Positions 1 to 9,710 of a stretch of DNA of 64,000 bases are shown in pieces. The DNA is taken from the NCBI GenBank assembly GCA_022614805.1, contig JAKEHY010000009.1, forward strand, positions 5,118 to 69,117. Direction: 5' to 3'. The position numbers and the translations under genes were made by a program. The notes beneath the pieces were generated by a model. That model was not told where the DNA came from. It saw nothing but the letters and a program-made list of their open reading frames with translations, and did not search any database. Position 1 is the stretch's first letter. Each line of letters opens with the position of its first letter. This DNA comes from Candidatus Zixiibacteriota bacterium. GTDB taxonomy: Bacteria > Zixibacteria > MSB-5A5 > DSPP01.

Positions 1-2042
1 TTCGCTTCTTCAAACCGTTTCGCCCCGATTAAAGCTTCCGCCCGAGCCAAGGCGACGTCGCGATTATCCGGTGCGCTCCGGCCGAGAGAATCCAAAAGGG
101 CCGCCGCTTCCGTATGGCGCCCAAGCCGGGAGAGCAAAATTCCCCGGTTGTAGCGGGGCTCGAGCCAGCCGGGAGACAGCGATTCGGCTCGCCCAAGCGC
201 GGCGAGGGCTCCCTCCAAATCTCCGAGTCGGTAAAGGGTCGGGCCGAGCGTGTTCCAGGCGCCGGCGTTTGCGGGAGAGAGGCGAAGGGCGGCCTCCAAC
301 ACCTGACGGGCGCCGGCAAAATCGCCGCTCTTGTAGTACAAGTCCCCCAGAAAAGCGGCCACAACCGCATTGTTGGGGCTGTTTCTTAAACTCTGCTCGG
401 CAGCGGCTCGGGCTTCCGGCAGCCTTCCCTGTCCATCGAGCGCGCGGGCAAGATTGAAAAGAAGCGTGGAATGCTGCGGTTTCAAGGCCAAACCCTGCCG
501 CGACTCCCGTTCGGCACCCGGCATATCCCCCCCTTCCAAAAGCAAGGCGGCCGTATTGTTGTGCTGGCTGGCGAAATCGAGATATTCTGCGCCAACGCCG
601 AACAAGCTTTTCTTTTGCTCTTCGCCAGCCGTATTTGAACGCTCTCCAAAAGCAGGGTTCAAGTTCGTGAAAACCGCGCAAATCGCAAAAAGAGTAAAGC
701 CAAACAAAATTCTGCGGATGTTCCAGAGTTGCAATAACTCGTACAGATACGCGACGGCAAAACCGGCGAAAGAGGCCGCCAGCGGGACAACCGGTAAACG
801 GTGGCGGGCGGTTACAAAGAAGAAAATGACGGAAAGGGCGTACCCGATAAAAACCGAAAGCAGAGCCACCGGCCGTCGGGTCGAGAATAAAAGCACGAGA
901 AAACCAAAAAGACCAAGCGGCCACAAAATCCGGGAGATATGGGCCAGCGGGCCGTCCAAAATGGAAAGGTAGCGGGACAAAAAATAGAGATTGTCCACCT
1001 GCGGAACTTCAAAGGCGTTGAAGAACAGGAAAATTTTTCGCAAAAACAGCTTCAACCAAGCAAGGGGGGCTTGAGCAATTTCTTGGAGGGCGAGGCCGGT
1101 CCAAAAAGCAGAAACTTGGGACGGCCGTAAGGCTCTTCCCTCCTCCCTTTCGGCATAGGCCTGGATTGACTTTTCGAATCGGTTTCCGGTCGGGTCGTCA
1201 TCAAAACTGCCGGGCGCCAGGGGGAGCTGGTTCAGCGATATGAAACGTCCGTCTCCCTCGGTCACGTTCCCGAGATAGAAATTCACCCCCCCGCTGGAAG
1301 AGATAAGAACCATATCCCTGCCGACCGTGAGGTTGCGGTGCGTTACGGGCAGAATCACAACGGCCGCTCCGAGTAAAACGTATGAAAAACGGACGGCCAC
1401 CGACTTGAAACCCGCTTCTTCTCTTGAAAGCCACAAGGCTAAACCGAGAAAAGGGAGGATTAAAAGGGAGTTGCTGCGAAGAAGCGCCAGAAGCCCAAGG
1501 ACGGCTCCGGCGAAAAAGAGGGGTTTAAAGCCCGGCTTTTCCTGCCCGCGCAGGAAGGCAAAAAGCAAAACGGGCATCAAAAAGGCGGCGGCCGTTTCCG
1601 GGAGAATGCGGGTGGCGGAAAGAATCTGATAGCCGCTTGCGGCCAAAAGAACCCCCGCAACCAGACCGGCCAAATAGCCAAAGAGCCGCCCCGCCAACAA
1701 AGCCGTCAGGACACAGGTCAGACTATCGAGGAGAATTTGAAAAAGAACTATCGCCCGGTTGGGATGGTCAAAAGCCCAGTTGAAAAAAGCTGAAAACCAG
1801 ATGTATCCCGGACTCATAAAGTAGGGGCGGGTGCCGAGGCCTTCTCCGGAAGCAATCGCCCGACCGGCTTCGAGGTAATACCGGGAATCCAATACCGGAG
1901 TTTCGACCGGTAGAACATCCCGGCTCTGAAAGAAAACCGCAAGACGAAGGCCAAAAGCCAAGAAAAAAGTACCGGCCAGCGCGTATTTCCAGAAAGGCGT
2001 TGGGGCGGATTCCCCCGTTCGGAAGTTCGGCTTTGTTTTCAA
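1..2042 (-). CDS. GT39/ArnT-like integral-membrane glycosyltransferase-family protein with C-terminal TPR repeats. It is 3'-truncated by the window edge. Start is uncertain: TTG at ~2042, alternative TTG at ~2088.
   Basis: One continuous minus-strand reading frame was translated by hand from ~2150 down to position 1. It is not in the ORF track because there is no stop codon inside the window. The N-terminal half has many hydrophobic helices (FWKYALAGTFFLAFGLRLAVFF...), and the C-terminal half has TPR-like repeats (LALKPQHSTLLFNLARALDGQGRLPEARAAAEQSL...). It is clearly paralogous to the 56429..58741 protein. The listed 64..924(-) and 370..972(+) ORFs are other frames of this gene. Confidence 0.75.
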   Translation of the reverse strand, partial: MKTKPNFRTGESAPTPFWKYALAGTFFLAFGLRLAVFFQSRDVLPVETPVLDSRYYLEAGRAIASGEGLGTRPYFMSPGYIWFSAFFNWAFDHPNRAIVLFQILLDSLTCVLTALLAGRLFGYLAGLVAGVLLAASGYQILSATRILPETAAAFLMPVLLFAFLRGQEKPGFKPLFFAGAVLGLLALLRSNSLLILPFLGLALWLSREEAGFKSVAVRFSYVLLGAAVVILPVTHRNLTVGRDMVLISSSGGVNFYLGNVTEGDGRFISLNQLPLAPGSFDDDPTGNRFEKSIQAYAEREEGRALRPSQVSAFWTGLALQEIAQAPLAWLKLFLRKIFLFFNAFEVPQVDNLYFLSRYLSILDGPLAHISRILWPLGLFGFLVLLFSTRRPVALLSVFIGYALSVIFFFVTARHRLPVVPLAASFAGFAVAYLYELLQLWNIRRILFGFTLFAICAVFTNLNPAFGERSNTAGEEQKKSLFGVGAEYLDFASQHNNTAALLLEGGDMPGAERESRQGLALKPQHSTLLFNLARALDGQGRLPEARAAAEQSLRNSPNNAVVAAFLGDLYYKSGDFAGARQVLEAALRLSPANAGAWNTLGPTLYRLGDLEGALAALGRAESLSPGWLEPRYNRGILLSRLGRHTEAAALLDSLGRSAPDNRDVALARAEALIGAKRFEEA

Positions 2043-2162
2043 CCCATATTCTTTCAGCAGACGGAAATTAAAGGCTTTTTCCAAAAGCGAAAGGGCTGTC
2101 CGGTAAGGAACCCCGGACAGCCCGATGGCAGCTTTTATCTGGTATTTCCCGAAAACGGGATT

Positions 2163-2486
2163 TTAAGCCAAAATCCGGCTTAATTTCTCGACGAACTTCT
2201 TTTTCGGGGCGGCGCCCACCACGGTCTCCACCAGTTTGCCGTCTTTAAAAATCAGCAAGGTCGGGATGGAACGGATATCATAGCGGGAAGCGGTCTGGAT
2301 GTTGGCATCCACGTCCACTTTAACCACTTTCAGCTTGCCGTCGTATTCTTTGGCGATTTCATCGACTATCGGCGCCACCGCCCGGCAGGGGCCGCACCAG
2401 ACCGCCCAAAAATCGACCAAGACGGGCTGACTGGCCTGCAAAACTTCCGCTTCAAAACTGGCATCGGTAACTTCTATCGGTTTCAT
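2163..2486 (-). CDS. trxA: thioredoxin
   Basis: 107 aa with the WCGPC active-site motif and thioredoxin-fold length. Confidence 0.92.
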   Translation of the reverse strand: MKPIEVTDASFEAEVLQASQPVLVDFWAVWCGPCRAVAPIVDEIAKEYDGKLKVVKVDVDANIQTASRYDIRSIPTLLIFKDGKLVETVVGAAPKKKFVEKLSRILA

Positions 2487-2511
2487 TCACTAGCCTCCAT
2501 TCTATGCTCGT

Positions 2512-3858
2512 TCAACCTAAAATAACCCCTTCCGGTTCCCGCACCAAAGGATACCCCCGGCCGGAGCGCTGCCAGGCTTCCAGCACCTTTCCCGCCACGT
2601 AGTGCGAACCGGTGACGACCAAAAGCTCGTCCGCTCCAAGCAGGGCGTAGGCCTTCCAAAGGGCCCCGGCCGGGTCTTCAATAACTTCGTTGGGTACGGC
2701 GGCGCCAACGGCCTCGGCCAAAATCCCCGGTTCCAAGGCCCTTTTCGAATCCGGCCGGACGAAATAAAAGCGTTTGGCCAAAGGTTTCAGTGCCATCAAA
2801 AACCGATGGTAGTCCTTGTCGGCCAGGATGCCCAGAACGAAAACCGCCTTTCCCGGCCACAGCCGGCGCAGCGAGCCGGCCAGCCGGGCGGCCGCTGCGG
2901 CGTTGTGGGCCACGTCCAAAACCACGGGCGGTTCCTGCGAAATCATCTCCAGCCGGGCCGGCCATAAAACCGTGCGGGTTCCCGCTTCGCAAGCCGCCGG
3001 CGGTATGAAAAAACCGCGCTGGCGTAAATGCTCCACAGCGGCCAAGGCCACCGACAGGTTTTCCCCCTGGTAACGCCCGGCCAGATTCAGAAAAAGCTCT
3101 CCGCTCGGACTGAAGGATTGGGAAACGTGGAAACGGTTTCCCCTCCAGTTCGCTTTCAAAAGCTTGACCGGCGCCGGCCCGGCAGCGACCGTCAGAGGTG
3201 CGCTTAGCTTTTGGGCCGTTTCGGCGACCGTCCGGAAGGCCCCGCTTTTCAAGTTTCCCACAACCATCGGCCTTCCCGGTTTTATAATCCCCGCTTTTTC
3301 GGTTGCAATTTTGGTCAAACTTTTTCCCAGCCGGTCGGTATGGTCTTTATCGACGTTGGTTATCACCGAGAGAACCGGACAAACGACGTTGGTGGCATCC
3401 AGCCGGCCACCGAGGCCGGTTTCGACGACGGCAATATCCACTTTCTGTTCGGCGAAATATTGAAAGGCCAACGCCGTTGTCGCTTCAAAAAAGGTGGCTT
3501 TGAGGCTTTCAATTTCGGGGCGAAGGCGGCCGACGAAATCTTCTATAAAATCATCCGGAACTTCCTGGCGGTTCACCCGCACCCGTTCGTTGAACCGAAC
3601 CAGATGGGGGGAGGTGTACAGCCCCACGCGGCAGCCGGAGGCTAGGAGAATCGACTCCAGTATGGCCGCCGTCGAGCCCTTTCCGTTGGTGCCAGCGATG
3701 TGGACGACCGGGTACCGGCTCTGGGGATTGCCGAGAAAAAGGCAAAGGGTGCGGATATTTTCCAGCCCCAGCTTGACGCCGAAAAGCTCCAAGTCGTAAA
3801 GGTATTGTATCGCGCTTGAAGATGACGTTTCCGATTTCACAGAAGGTTCAGAGCTCAA
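2512..3858 (-). CDS. folC: bifunctional folylpolyglutamate synthase / dihydrofolate synthase (Mur ligase family)
   Basis: 448 aa with the HIAGTNGKGST P-loop and Mur-ligase middle and C-terminal domains. Confidence 0.88.
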   Translation of the reverse strand: MSSEPSVKSETSSSSAIQYLYDLELFGVKLGLENIRTLCLFLGNPQSRYPVVHIAGTNGKGSTAAILESILLASGCRVGLYTSPHLVRFNERVRVNRQEVPDDFIEDFVGRLRPEIESLKATFFEATTALAFQYFAEQKVDIAVVETGLGGRLDATNVVCPVLSVITNVDKDHTDRLGKSLTKIATEKAGIIKPGRPMVVGNLKSGAFRTVAETAQKLSAPLTVAAGPAPVKLLKANWRGNRFHVSQSFSPSGELFLNLAGRYQGENLSVALAAVEHLRQRGFFIPPAACEAGTRTVLWPARLEMISQEPPVVLDVAHNAAAAARLAGSLRRLWPGKAVFVLGILADKDYHRFLMALKPLAKRFYFVRPDSKRALEPGILAEAVGAAVPNEVIEDPAGALWKAYALLGADELLVVTGSHYVAGKVLEAWQRSGRGYPLVREPEGVILG

Positions 3859-3862
3859 AAAT

Positions 3863-4720
3863 TCACGCCCGGGGACTTCCGTTCCCGCTGAAATACTCCA
3901 GAAGCAGGTTAATCGTCCGACGCAGTTCCTTCCTTTCGCAAATCATATCCACGAAGCCGTGTTCCAGGAAAAACTCCGAACTCTGGAAACCGGGCGGCAG
4001 CTCCTGGCCGATGGTCTGGGCAATCACCCGCGGCCCGGCAAAGCCCAGAAGCGCCTTCGGCTCGGCGATAATCACGTCCCCCAACGAGGCGTAGGAGGCC
4101 ATCACGCCGGCGGTGGTCGGGTTGGTCAAAACGCTGATAAAAGGAAGATTTTTCTTTTGCAGCTGGGCCAGAAGCGCGGAGGTTTTGGCCATTTGCATCA
4201 GGGAAAGAATCCCTTCCTGCATCCGCGCCCCGCCGGAGCAGGAAACGATAATCAGAGGAATCTTGCGTTCCAGCGCACGCTCGATGGCGCGGGCGATTTT
4301 TTCCCCCACCACCGAACCCATACTGCCTCCGATGAAGGAAAAATCCATCACCGCAACCGAGACCGCCCGCCCCCCGATTTTACCCGTGCCGCAGACGACG
4401 GCGTCCGTCAAACTCGTTTTCTTGCGCGCCTCGCGGATGCGGTCGGGATAGCGCTTGGAGTCCTTGAAACGGAGAGGGTCGGCGGAGGTGATGTTCCGGT
4501 CGTATTCCTTCCACGTGTCCGGGTCTGTCAAAAGCTCGAGATAGTCGCTGAAGCGGATGCGGAAATGATAGTTGCACTTGGGGCAGACCCACCGGTTTTT
4601 TTCCAGTTCGCGGACGAAAATGATTTCCCCGCAGGACTCGCATTTGGTCCAGAGTCCCTTGGGAATCTCTTTTTTCTCGCCGCCGGCAACCCCCTCGCGG
4701 TTTTTTTTGAACCACTCCAT
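3863..4720 (-). CDS. accD: acetyl-CoA carboxylase carboxyltransferase subunit beta
   Basis: N-terminal C4 zinc ribbon (CESCGEIIF...CPKCNYHFR) followed by the carboxyltransferase domain. The start was trimmed to the internal ATG (MEWFKKN...) at 4720. That places the rimI stop (4722) immediately upstream; the track's 4903 start is a GC-rich extension that overlaps rimI. Confidence 0.88.
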   Translation of the reverse strand: MEWFKKNREGVAGGEKKEIPKGLWTKCESCGEIIFVRELEKNRWVCPKCNYHFRIRFSDYLELLTDPDTWKEYDRNITSADPLRFKDSKRYPDRIREARKKTSLTDAVVCGTGKIGGRAVSVAVMDFSFIGGSMGSVVGEKIARAIERALERKIPLIIVSCSGGARMQEGILSLMQMAKTSALLAQLQKKNLPFISVLTNPTTAGVMASYASLGDVIIAEPKALLGFAGPRVIAQTIGQELPPGFQSSEFFLEHGFVDMICERKELRRTINLLLEYFSGNGSPRA

Positions 4721-4721
4721 C

Positions 4722-5264
4722 CTACCCTCCGACCGCTCGCCCCAGGTTGTGGGCCACCGAGGGCCGGGCCGCCTCGTCCGCCGGGCGGAACATAACCAGG
4801 GCATCCTCCTTCGGCCGGCGGTAGTAGTTTTTGCGGCGGTATACTTCTTGGAAGCCCAACTTTTCATACAACCGCCGGGCGGCGTTATTCGACTCCCGCA
4901 CATCCAGCCAAACCTCCCTGGCCCCCTGCCTTCGGCCCTGTCGAATCATTTCCTCAATCAATTTTTGGGCAACCCCCCGACGACGAAACTCCTCCCTGAC
5001 CGCCACGCTGGCCAGTTGCAGCTCCTCGAGGAGATGATAAGCGCATAAGTAGCCGACGATTTCACCGCCAAGGGCTGCGGCCGCCTCCAGCCGGGCCGCC
5101 AACATAATCGAAGAGCCGTCCCGCAGCTGGATTTCGAATCCTTTCCTGGGCCAGGGGTCGGTAAAAGAAGTTTTTTCCAGTTGAAGGATTTGGTCCAAAT
5201 CCTCCGGCCTCATCCGCTCGATGATTATTTTGCGGCTGACCTTTGGCTCCTTCAAATGCGGCAT
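4722..5264 (-). CDS. rimI: ribosomal-protein-alanine N-acetyltransferase (GNAT)
   Basis: GNAT motifs (VAVREEFRRRGVAQKLI) and the classical tsaB-rimI adjacency. The true start may be the internal MRPEDL. Confidence 0.8.
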   Translation of the reverse strand: MPHLKEPKVSRKIIIERMRPEDLDQILQLEKTSFTDPWPRKGFEIQLRDGSSIMLAARLEAAAALGGEIVGYLCAYHLLEELQLASVAVREEFRRRGVAQKLIEEMIRQGRRQGAREVWLDVRESNNAARRLYEKLGFQEVYRRKNYYRRPKEDALVMFRPADEAARPSVAHNLGRAVGG

Positions 5265-5267
5265 TTT

Positions 5268-6077
5268 TCAACTTACCTCTTTGAACTTGGTTTCAAAGCT
5301 TTTCAAAAAAATCGGTTCCAGACGGCCTTCTTTTCCGACCGGACTCCCCAGATTTCCCGTCGCCGCCAGTTGCGCCAGAAGCCCGGCCGGCGGATGCCAG
5401 AAGTCTTTTGAAGCCACCCGGTCCTCCGGGCGCACCCGGCTCATCACCTCCGAGCGTTCGGTCTCCAAAGCCGAGCCGGTGACCCAAGCTGGCTCATCGG
5501 GCCATACGAGTTCCTCGATTTTTTGCGCCTTCAAGGGTTCGGACTCCTCCATCCCGTTTTCGGTCCGGACATAAAGACCCCGATAAAGATACCCTTTTTT
5601 CGCCCCCGTCAAGACCAAAATGGTGCGCATCCCGGCCATTTCTTGCGAAGCGGTGTCCGACCCCTTATCAAAACCCAAATGCAAACCGCCCGAATCGGGC
5701 CTAAAGGAGGGTTGTTTTTCTGCCAAGCTTGCGCGAGTCAATCCTTTTTTGAACTCCGCCGATAAGGCCAGGCCGAAGGCCGTCAGTTTCAAGGAAGGAA
5801 AAGTCCAAATCGGCTTTTCGCCGTTAAAGGCCAGCCCCATTATGGCGGCGAAACCGACTTTCAGCCCGGTAAAGCTTCCCGGCCCGGCTCCGAGGGCAAA
5901 TCCTTCCAACTCGACCGGGCGAACGCCGGTTTCCGATAAGAGTTTCTCTATTTCGGGCGCCAGAAGCCCCACCGTTTTACCCCCGGCGGCAAACTGGCTT
6001 TCTGCCAAAACCTTTCGGCCCTCCGCAATTCCCAAAGTTACGACCGGTCCGGAGGAATCGAGGGCAAGAATTTTCAT
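5268..6077 (-). CDS. tsaB: tRNA threonylcarbamoyladenosine biosynthesis protein TsaB (YeaZ), with a ~40-aa C-terminal extension
   Basis: N-terminus MKILALDSSGPVVTLGIAEG is typical of YeaZ/TsaB (inactive Kae1 paralog), and rimI lies downstream. Confidence 0.85.
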   Translation of the reverse strand: MKILALDSSGPVVTLGIAEGRKVLAESQFAAGGKTVGLLAPEIEKLLSETGVRPVELEGFALGAGPGSFTGLKVGFAAIMGLAFNGEKPIWTFPSLKLTAFGLALSAEFKKGLTRASLAEKQPSFRPDSGGLHLGFDKGSDTASQEMAGMRTILVLTGAKKGYLYRGLYVRTENGMEESEPLKAQKIEELVWPDEPAWVTGSALETERSEVMSRVRPEDRVASKDFWHPPAGLLAQLAATGNLGSPVGKEGRLEPIFLKSFETKFKEVS

Positions 6078-6161
6078 ACCAATAAGTTAGCTCCCGCCCG
6101 GCCAAAAGCAAGCCATCCACCCCTTGACAAACCACCCTCCGCTCCCTACCATCCCCCCCTT

Positions 6162-8150
6162 ATGGAAATCGACCCGTCTGGCACGGGAGGGGAAAAGCCC
6201 CCTTTTGGCCAGCGGTTTAAACGCTTCCTTTTAGGCGGGCCGCGCCGGCTTACGGACAAAGCCATCTTCCACCGCCTGTCGCTGGTGGCCTTTTTGGCCT
6301 GGGTGGGGTTTGGCGCCGACGGGCTTTCCTCTTCCGCCTATGGCCCGGAGGAGGCCTTCCGCACGCTTGGGGAGCACCGCTATCTGGCCGTAATTCTTGC
6401 CGCCCTTATGGCCGCGACCGTCCTAATCATATCCGCTGCCTACAAACGGATCATCGAGGAATTTCCCGCTGGTGGCGGCGGGTACGTGGTTGCGACCAAA
6501 CTTCTGGGAGAGAAACTGGGGGTGGTTTCCGGGTGTGCCCTGTTGGTGGACTACATCTTGACGATTACCATCTCGCTCGCGGCCGCCGGAGATGCCTTGT
6601 TCAGCTTTCTTCCCTACTCGTGGCATTACGCCAAGCTTCCATTCGAGATATTTCTTGTCGTGCTTATGACCACCCTCAATCTGCGCGGCGTGCGGGAATC
6701 GGTGATTCCCTTGACACCCGTTTTTCTGATTTTTGTGCTCACCCACATAGTCGGAATCATCGGCGGGATAGCGGCTCACTCGCCGGAATTGCCCCAGACC
6801 GCCCGGCAGGTCAGTTCCGGGTTCCAACAGGGAGCGCAAGCCCTTGGTATGGGGGGAATGCTTTTACTCTTGGCGCACGCCTATTCACTCGGCGGCGGAA
6901 CCTATACCGGTATCGAAGCGGTTTCCAACGGGCTTCCCCTGATGCGCGAACCGAGAGTGGAAACGGCCAAAAAAACGATGAACTATATGGGGGCTTCCCT
7001 GGCCTTCACCGCCACGGGCCTTTTGGTCAATTACCTGCTCTGGAACGTCGAGCCGGTGGAAGGGAAAACGCTAAACGCCGTTTTTTTCGGGGAATTGGTC
7101 CGGGGAATCCCGGGTGGCGCCGTATTCTTGATGCTGACCCTCTTTTCAACCTCGACCCTTCTGGTGGTGGCCGCCCAAGCAGGGTTTTTCGGCGGCCCAC
7201 GGGTTTTGGCCAACATGGGGGTGGATTCCTGGATGCCCCACCGCTTTGCCGCCCTCTCCGACCGGCTGACGGTTCAAAACGGCATACTCCTGATGGGGAT
7301 TGCATCGCTGGCGGCCCTGCTCTATACACGGGGGGACGTCCGCCATTTGGTGGTTATGTACAGCATAAACGTGTTTTTGACTTTTTCTCTTTCAATGCTC
7401 GGTATGAGCCGACTCTCGTTGCAAAGGATACGGGAAGGGAAATCCGGAAAACGGCGGCTCTCCCTTTTTCTAATCGGGTTAATTCTGTGTCTCACCATTT
7501 TGACCATCACCTCCATTGAAAAGTTCGGGCAGGGAGGCTGGCTCACCCTTTTGGCAACCGGTTGCGTAATCGTCCTCACCTTCTTTATCCGCCGCCACTA
7601 CCGGAAGTCGGCCGCCGCTTTGGCCAAGCTGTATGCCAGTCTGGAGGAAATCCCCTCCCAGCCCGACATCCCCTCCCCACCGCTCACTCCCAAAAAGCCG
7701 ACCGCGGTCGTTCTCGTGGCCTCCTACGGCCCCGTTGGCATCCACACCGTTTTGAACATATTCAAAACCTTTCCCGGCCACTTCAAAAACCTGGTTTTCC
7801 TTTCGGTCGGGGTCATCGACTCCGGCTCTTTTAAGGGAAGCGAAGCGGTCGAAGCCTTGCAAAAGGAGACGGAAGCGTCCCTTTTGAAGTATGTCGAGCT
7901 GTCGAAGAAGTTGGGCATACCGGCGACCTACCGCATGGCCATCGGCACGGACGTGATTGAAGAGGCGGAAAAGCTTTGTTTGGAAATCGCCCAAACCTTC
8001 CAGCAGGTGACCTACTTCGCCACCAAGGTGATTTTCCAGCAGGAAAGATGGTACCACCGCTTTCTACACAACGAAACCGCTTACGCCATCCAACGGCGGC
8101 TGCAGTGGGTGGGGAAAACGATGGTTATCATCCCCGCCCGGGTGCGCTGA
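6162..8150 (+). CDS. APC-superfamily permease with a C-terminal ~200-aa cytoplasmic domain (KimA-like architecture)
   Basis: About 12 predicted TM helices plus a soluble C-terminal domain. The ATG at 6162 is the first in frame. Confidence 0.7.
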   Translation: MEIDPSGTGGEKPPFGQRFKRFLLGGPRRLTDKAIFHRLSLVAFLAWVGFGADGLSSSAYGPEEAFRTLGEHRYLAVILAALMAATVLIISAAYKRIIEEFPAGGGGYVVATKLLGEKLGVVSGCALLVDYILTITISLAAAGDALFSFLPYSWHYAKLPFEIFLVVLMTTLNLRGVRESVIPLTPVFLIFVLTHIVGIIGGIAAHSPELPQTARQVSSGFQQGAQALGMGGMLLLLAHAYSLGGGTYTGIEAVSNGLPLMREPRVETAKKTMNYMGASLAFTATGLLVNYLLWNVEPVEGKTLNAVFFGELVRGIPGGAVFLMLTLFSTSTLLVVAAQAGFFGGPRVLANMGVDSWMPHRFAALSDRLTVQNGILLMGIASLAALLYTRGDVRHLVVMYSINVFLTFSLSMLGMSRLSLQRIREGKSGKRRLSLFLIGLILCLTILTITSIEKFGQGGWLTLLATGCVIVLTFFIRRHYRKSAAALAKLYASLEEIPSQPDIPSPPLTPKKPTAVVLVASYGPVGIHTVLNIFKTFPGHFKNLVFLSVGVIDSGSFKGSEAVEALQKETEASLLKYVELSKKLGIPATYRMAIGTDVIEEAEKLCLEIAQTFQQVTYFATKVIFQQERWYHRFLHNETAYAIQRRLQWVGKTMVIIPARVR

Positions 8151-8203
8151 CAAATTCCCTGCCATCATCTTTCTTTTTCGGGCGTAGAAAGTGTGGAGGT
8201 TTG

Positions 8204-8887
8204 ATGCGGCGGCTCTTGGCGCTTGTGGCTTTCGTTGCCATTATCAGCCAATTCCCGGCATTCGGGCAAGGGCAGAAAGGGAACTTTGCCCTTTCAATGC
8301 AGGGGGGCGGTTTTGGCAATTTGGAAGACCGCTTTTTTAAAAGTATGGCGTTCGTGGTAAGCGGTGGGCTGGAGTATTATCCCTTGAATCCGGTAAGCTT
8401 CGGCATCCAATTTCAGTTTTCTCCCAAAGGCAGCTTTGGCGGCCCGGTTACTCTGGGAGTCGGCTCAGTCAGCGGCTCCGGCTACCGCCGCTCCGACCGG
8501 CTTTTTCAAACGACCATTTTTGCGCGGCCGACCGTCCCACTCGGTTCAGCCGTAAACATTTTCGGCGTGGCCGGGATGTCGCTGACCAAGGTCACCCGCT
8601 TGAACGGAGAGGAAATCGCGGCGACCGGTCCAAGCGAAGCGGCGGAAGAAGGAGAAAGAATCGGCGCCAAGTTCGGAGGCGGGGCCCTCATCCATTTGAA
8701 ATCCAATACGCATCTCAATTTCACCGCCGCTTACGACACCCAACCCCGGAAGCTTTTATCCGCCCAGGCCGGGCTTACGTTTTTCTTTGACCCGTTTTCC
8801 CGAAAAAGTGATTCAAACAAATCTTCTGATGCCCAAAAAAATCCCCTTCTCCCTCACAACCTATTATCTTTACGGGTGTATAAGTAA
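8204..8887 (+). CDS. small outer-membrane beta-barrel protein (OMP_b-brl/OmpW-like), paralog 1
   Basis: Start trimmed to the ATG at 8204 with GGAGG at 8195-8199. Signal peptide MRRLLALVAFVAIISQFPAFGQ. Alternating amphipathic beta-strands and a C-terminal aromatic residue. The track start at 7976 would overlap the permease. Confidence 0.75.
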   Translation: MRRLLALVAFVAIISQFPAFGQGQKGNFALSMQGGGFGNLEDRFFKSMAFVVSGGLEYYPLNPVSFGIQFQFSPKGSFGGPVTLGVGSVSGSGYRRSDRLFQTTIFARPTVPLGSAVNIFGVAGMSLTKVTRLNGEEIAATGPSEAAEEGERIGAKFGGGALIHLKSNTHLNFTAAYDTQPRKLLSAQAGLTFFFDPFSRKSDSNKSSDAQKNPLLPHNLLSLRVYK

Positions 8888-8905
8888 ACAAAAGGAGGTA
8901 AAGTT

Positions 8906-9592
8906 ATGACCAAACGGATTGCAGTTTTCACGCTGGGGGCGTTTTTGATTCTTGCGGCGGCGACCGCCGTCAATGCCCGCATCCGGAGGGGGGGCGCGTA
9001 CGGAAATCCGGAAGGGAAAGTATCCGTCGCCACCCACCTGGGGGCGTTTGTGCCGACCAACGAGTTCGGAGACATCGCCGATGTCGGCATCCGCTGGGGA
9101 GCGGCTTTGGATTTCTATCCCACGCGCGACGCCTCCATCGGCTTCGATTTCGGGTTCGGGGAAGCGGACGCCAAGGACTTTATGGTTCAAAGAGAAGAAA
9201 ACCGTTTGGAGCGACCGATACCAGAAGGAATAGGGCAGCCCGTTCAAATTCAGAGCTTCAACTATCGCAGTTACCGACTGGGAATCAACGGCCGCTTCAA
9301 TATCCCCACCGGTACGGGCGTAAGCCCGTATTTGGAGGCCGGAATGGGGGCCTACTGGACCCAACGCAGGGTCAGCGGCTTTACCACTGGCGGACCTCTT
9401 TTTGAATTCTCCGAACGCCGCACCACCAGCACGGCGGGCAGCAACGTGGGGCTGGGCCTGAACGCTTACTTGGGACGCCGCACCAATATGTACGCCGGCT
9501 TCCAGTTCCACCAGCTTTTTGACGACCAGCCGGAAGGAATCGACAATTTCGCCACTTTTACCTTCGGCTTGGGCCTCGGCCTTTGGCCGTAA
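8906..9592 (+). CDS. small outer-membrane beta-barrel protein, paralog 2
   Basis: RBS AAGGAGG at 8892-8898. Signal peptide MTKRIAVFTLGAFLILAAATAVNA. Shares a G-F-VPT-(E/D)-(F/Y)-GDI motif with paralogs 3 and 4. Confidence 0.8.
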   Translation: MTKRIAVFTLGAFLILAAATAVNARIRRGGAYGNPEGKVSVATHLGAFVPTNEFGDIADVGIRWGAALDFYPTRDASIGFDFGFGEADAKDFMVQREENRLERPIPEGIGQPVQIQSFNYRSYRLGINGRFNIPTGTGVSPYLEAGMGAYWTQRRVSGFTTGGPLFEFSERRTTSTAGSNVGLGLNAYLGRRTNMYAGFQFHQLFDDQPEGIDNFATFTFGLGLGLWP

Positions 9593-9610
9593 GCTTTCCG
9601 GTCTCAACCC

Positions 9611-9640
9611 AAGGCCGCCCCTGCGGGGCGGCCTTTTTAC
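9611..9640 (+). terminator. rho-independent terminator
   Basis: GGCCGCCCC-TGC-GGGGCGGCC hairpin followed by TTTTT. Confidence 0.7.
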
Positions 9641-9710
9641 TGTCGCAAAAGTCGGCCTTGACAAAGCCCCAGCTCTATGCCTCTTTCTCTTACGAAAGAA
9701 GGGAGGCCCA

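Noticed and set aside
64-972. ORFs 64..924(-) 286 aa and 370..972(+) 200 aa
   Set aside because: They are Arg/Pro/Gly-rich GC artefacts in alternative frames of the real TPR/GT39 gene that occupies 1..2042 on the minus strand.
6125-6153. sigma-70-like TTGACA-N17-TACCAT just upstream of the permease ATG
   Set aside because: The -10 element is poor and only ~9 nt from the start codon. FCB-group promoters also differ from the E. coli consensus, so it is not reported as a feature.
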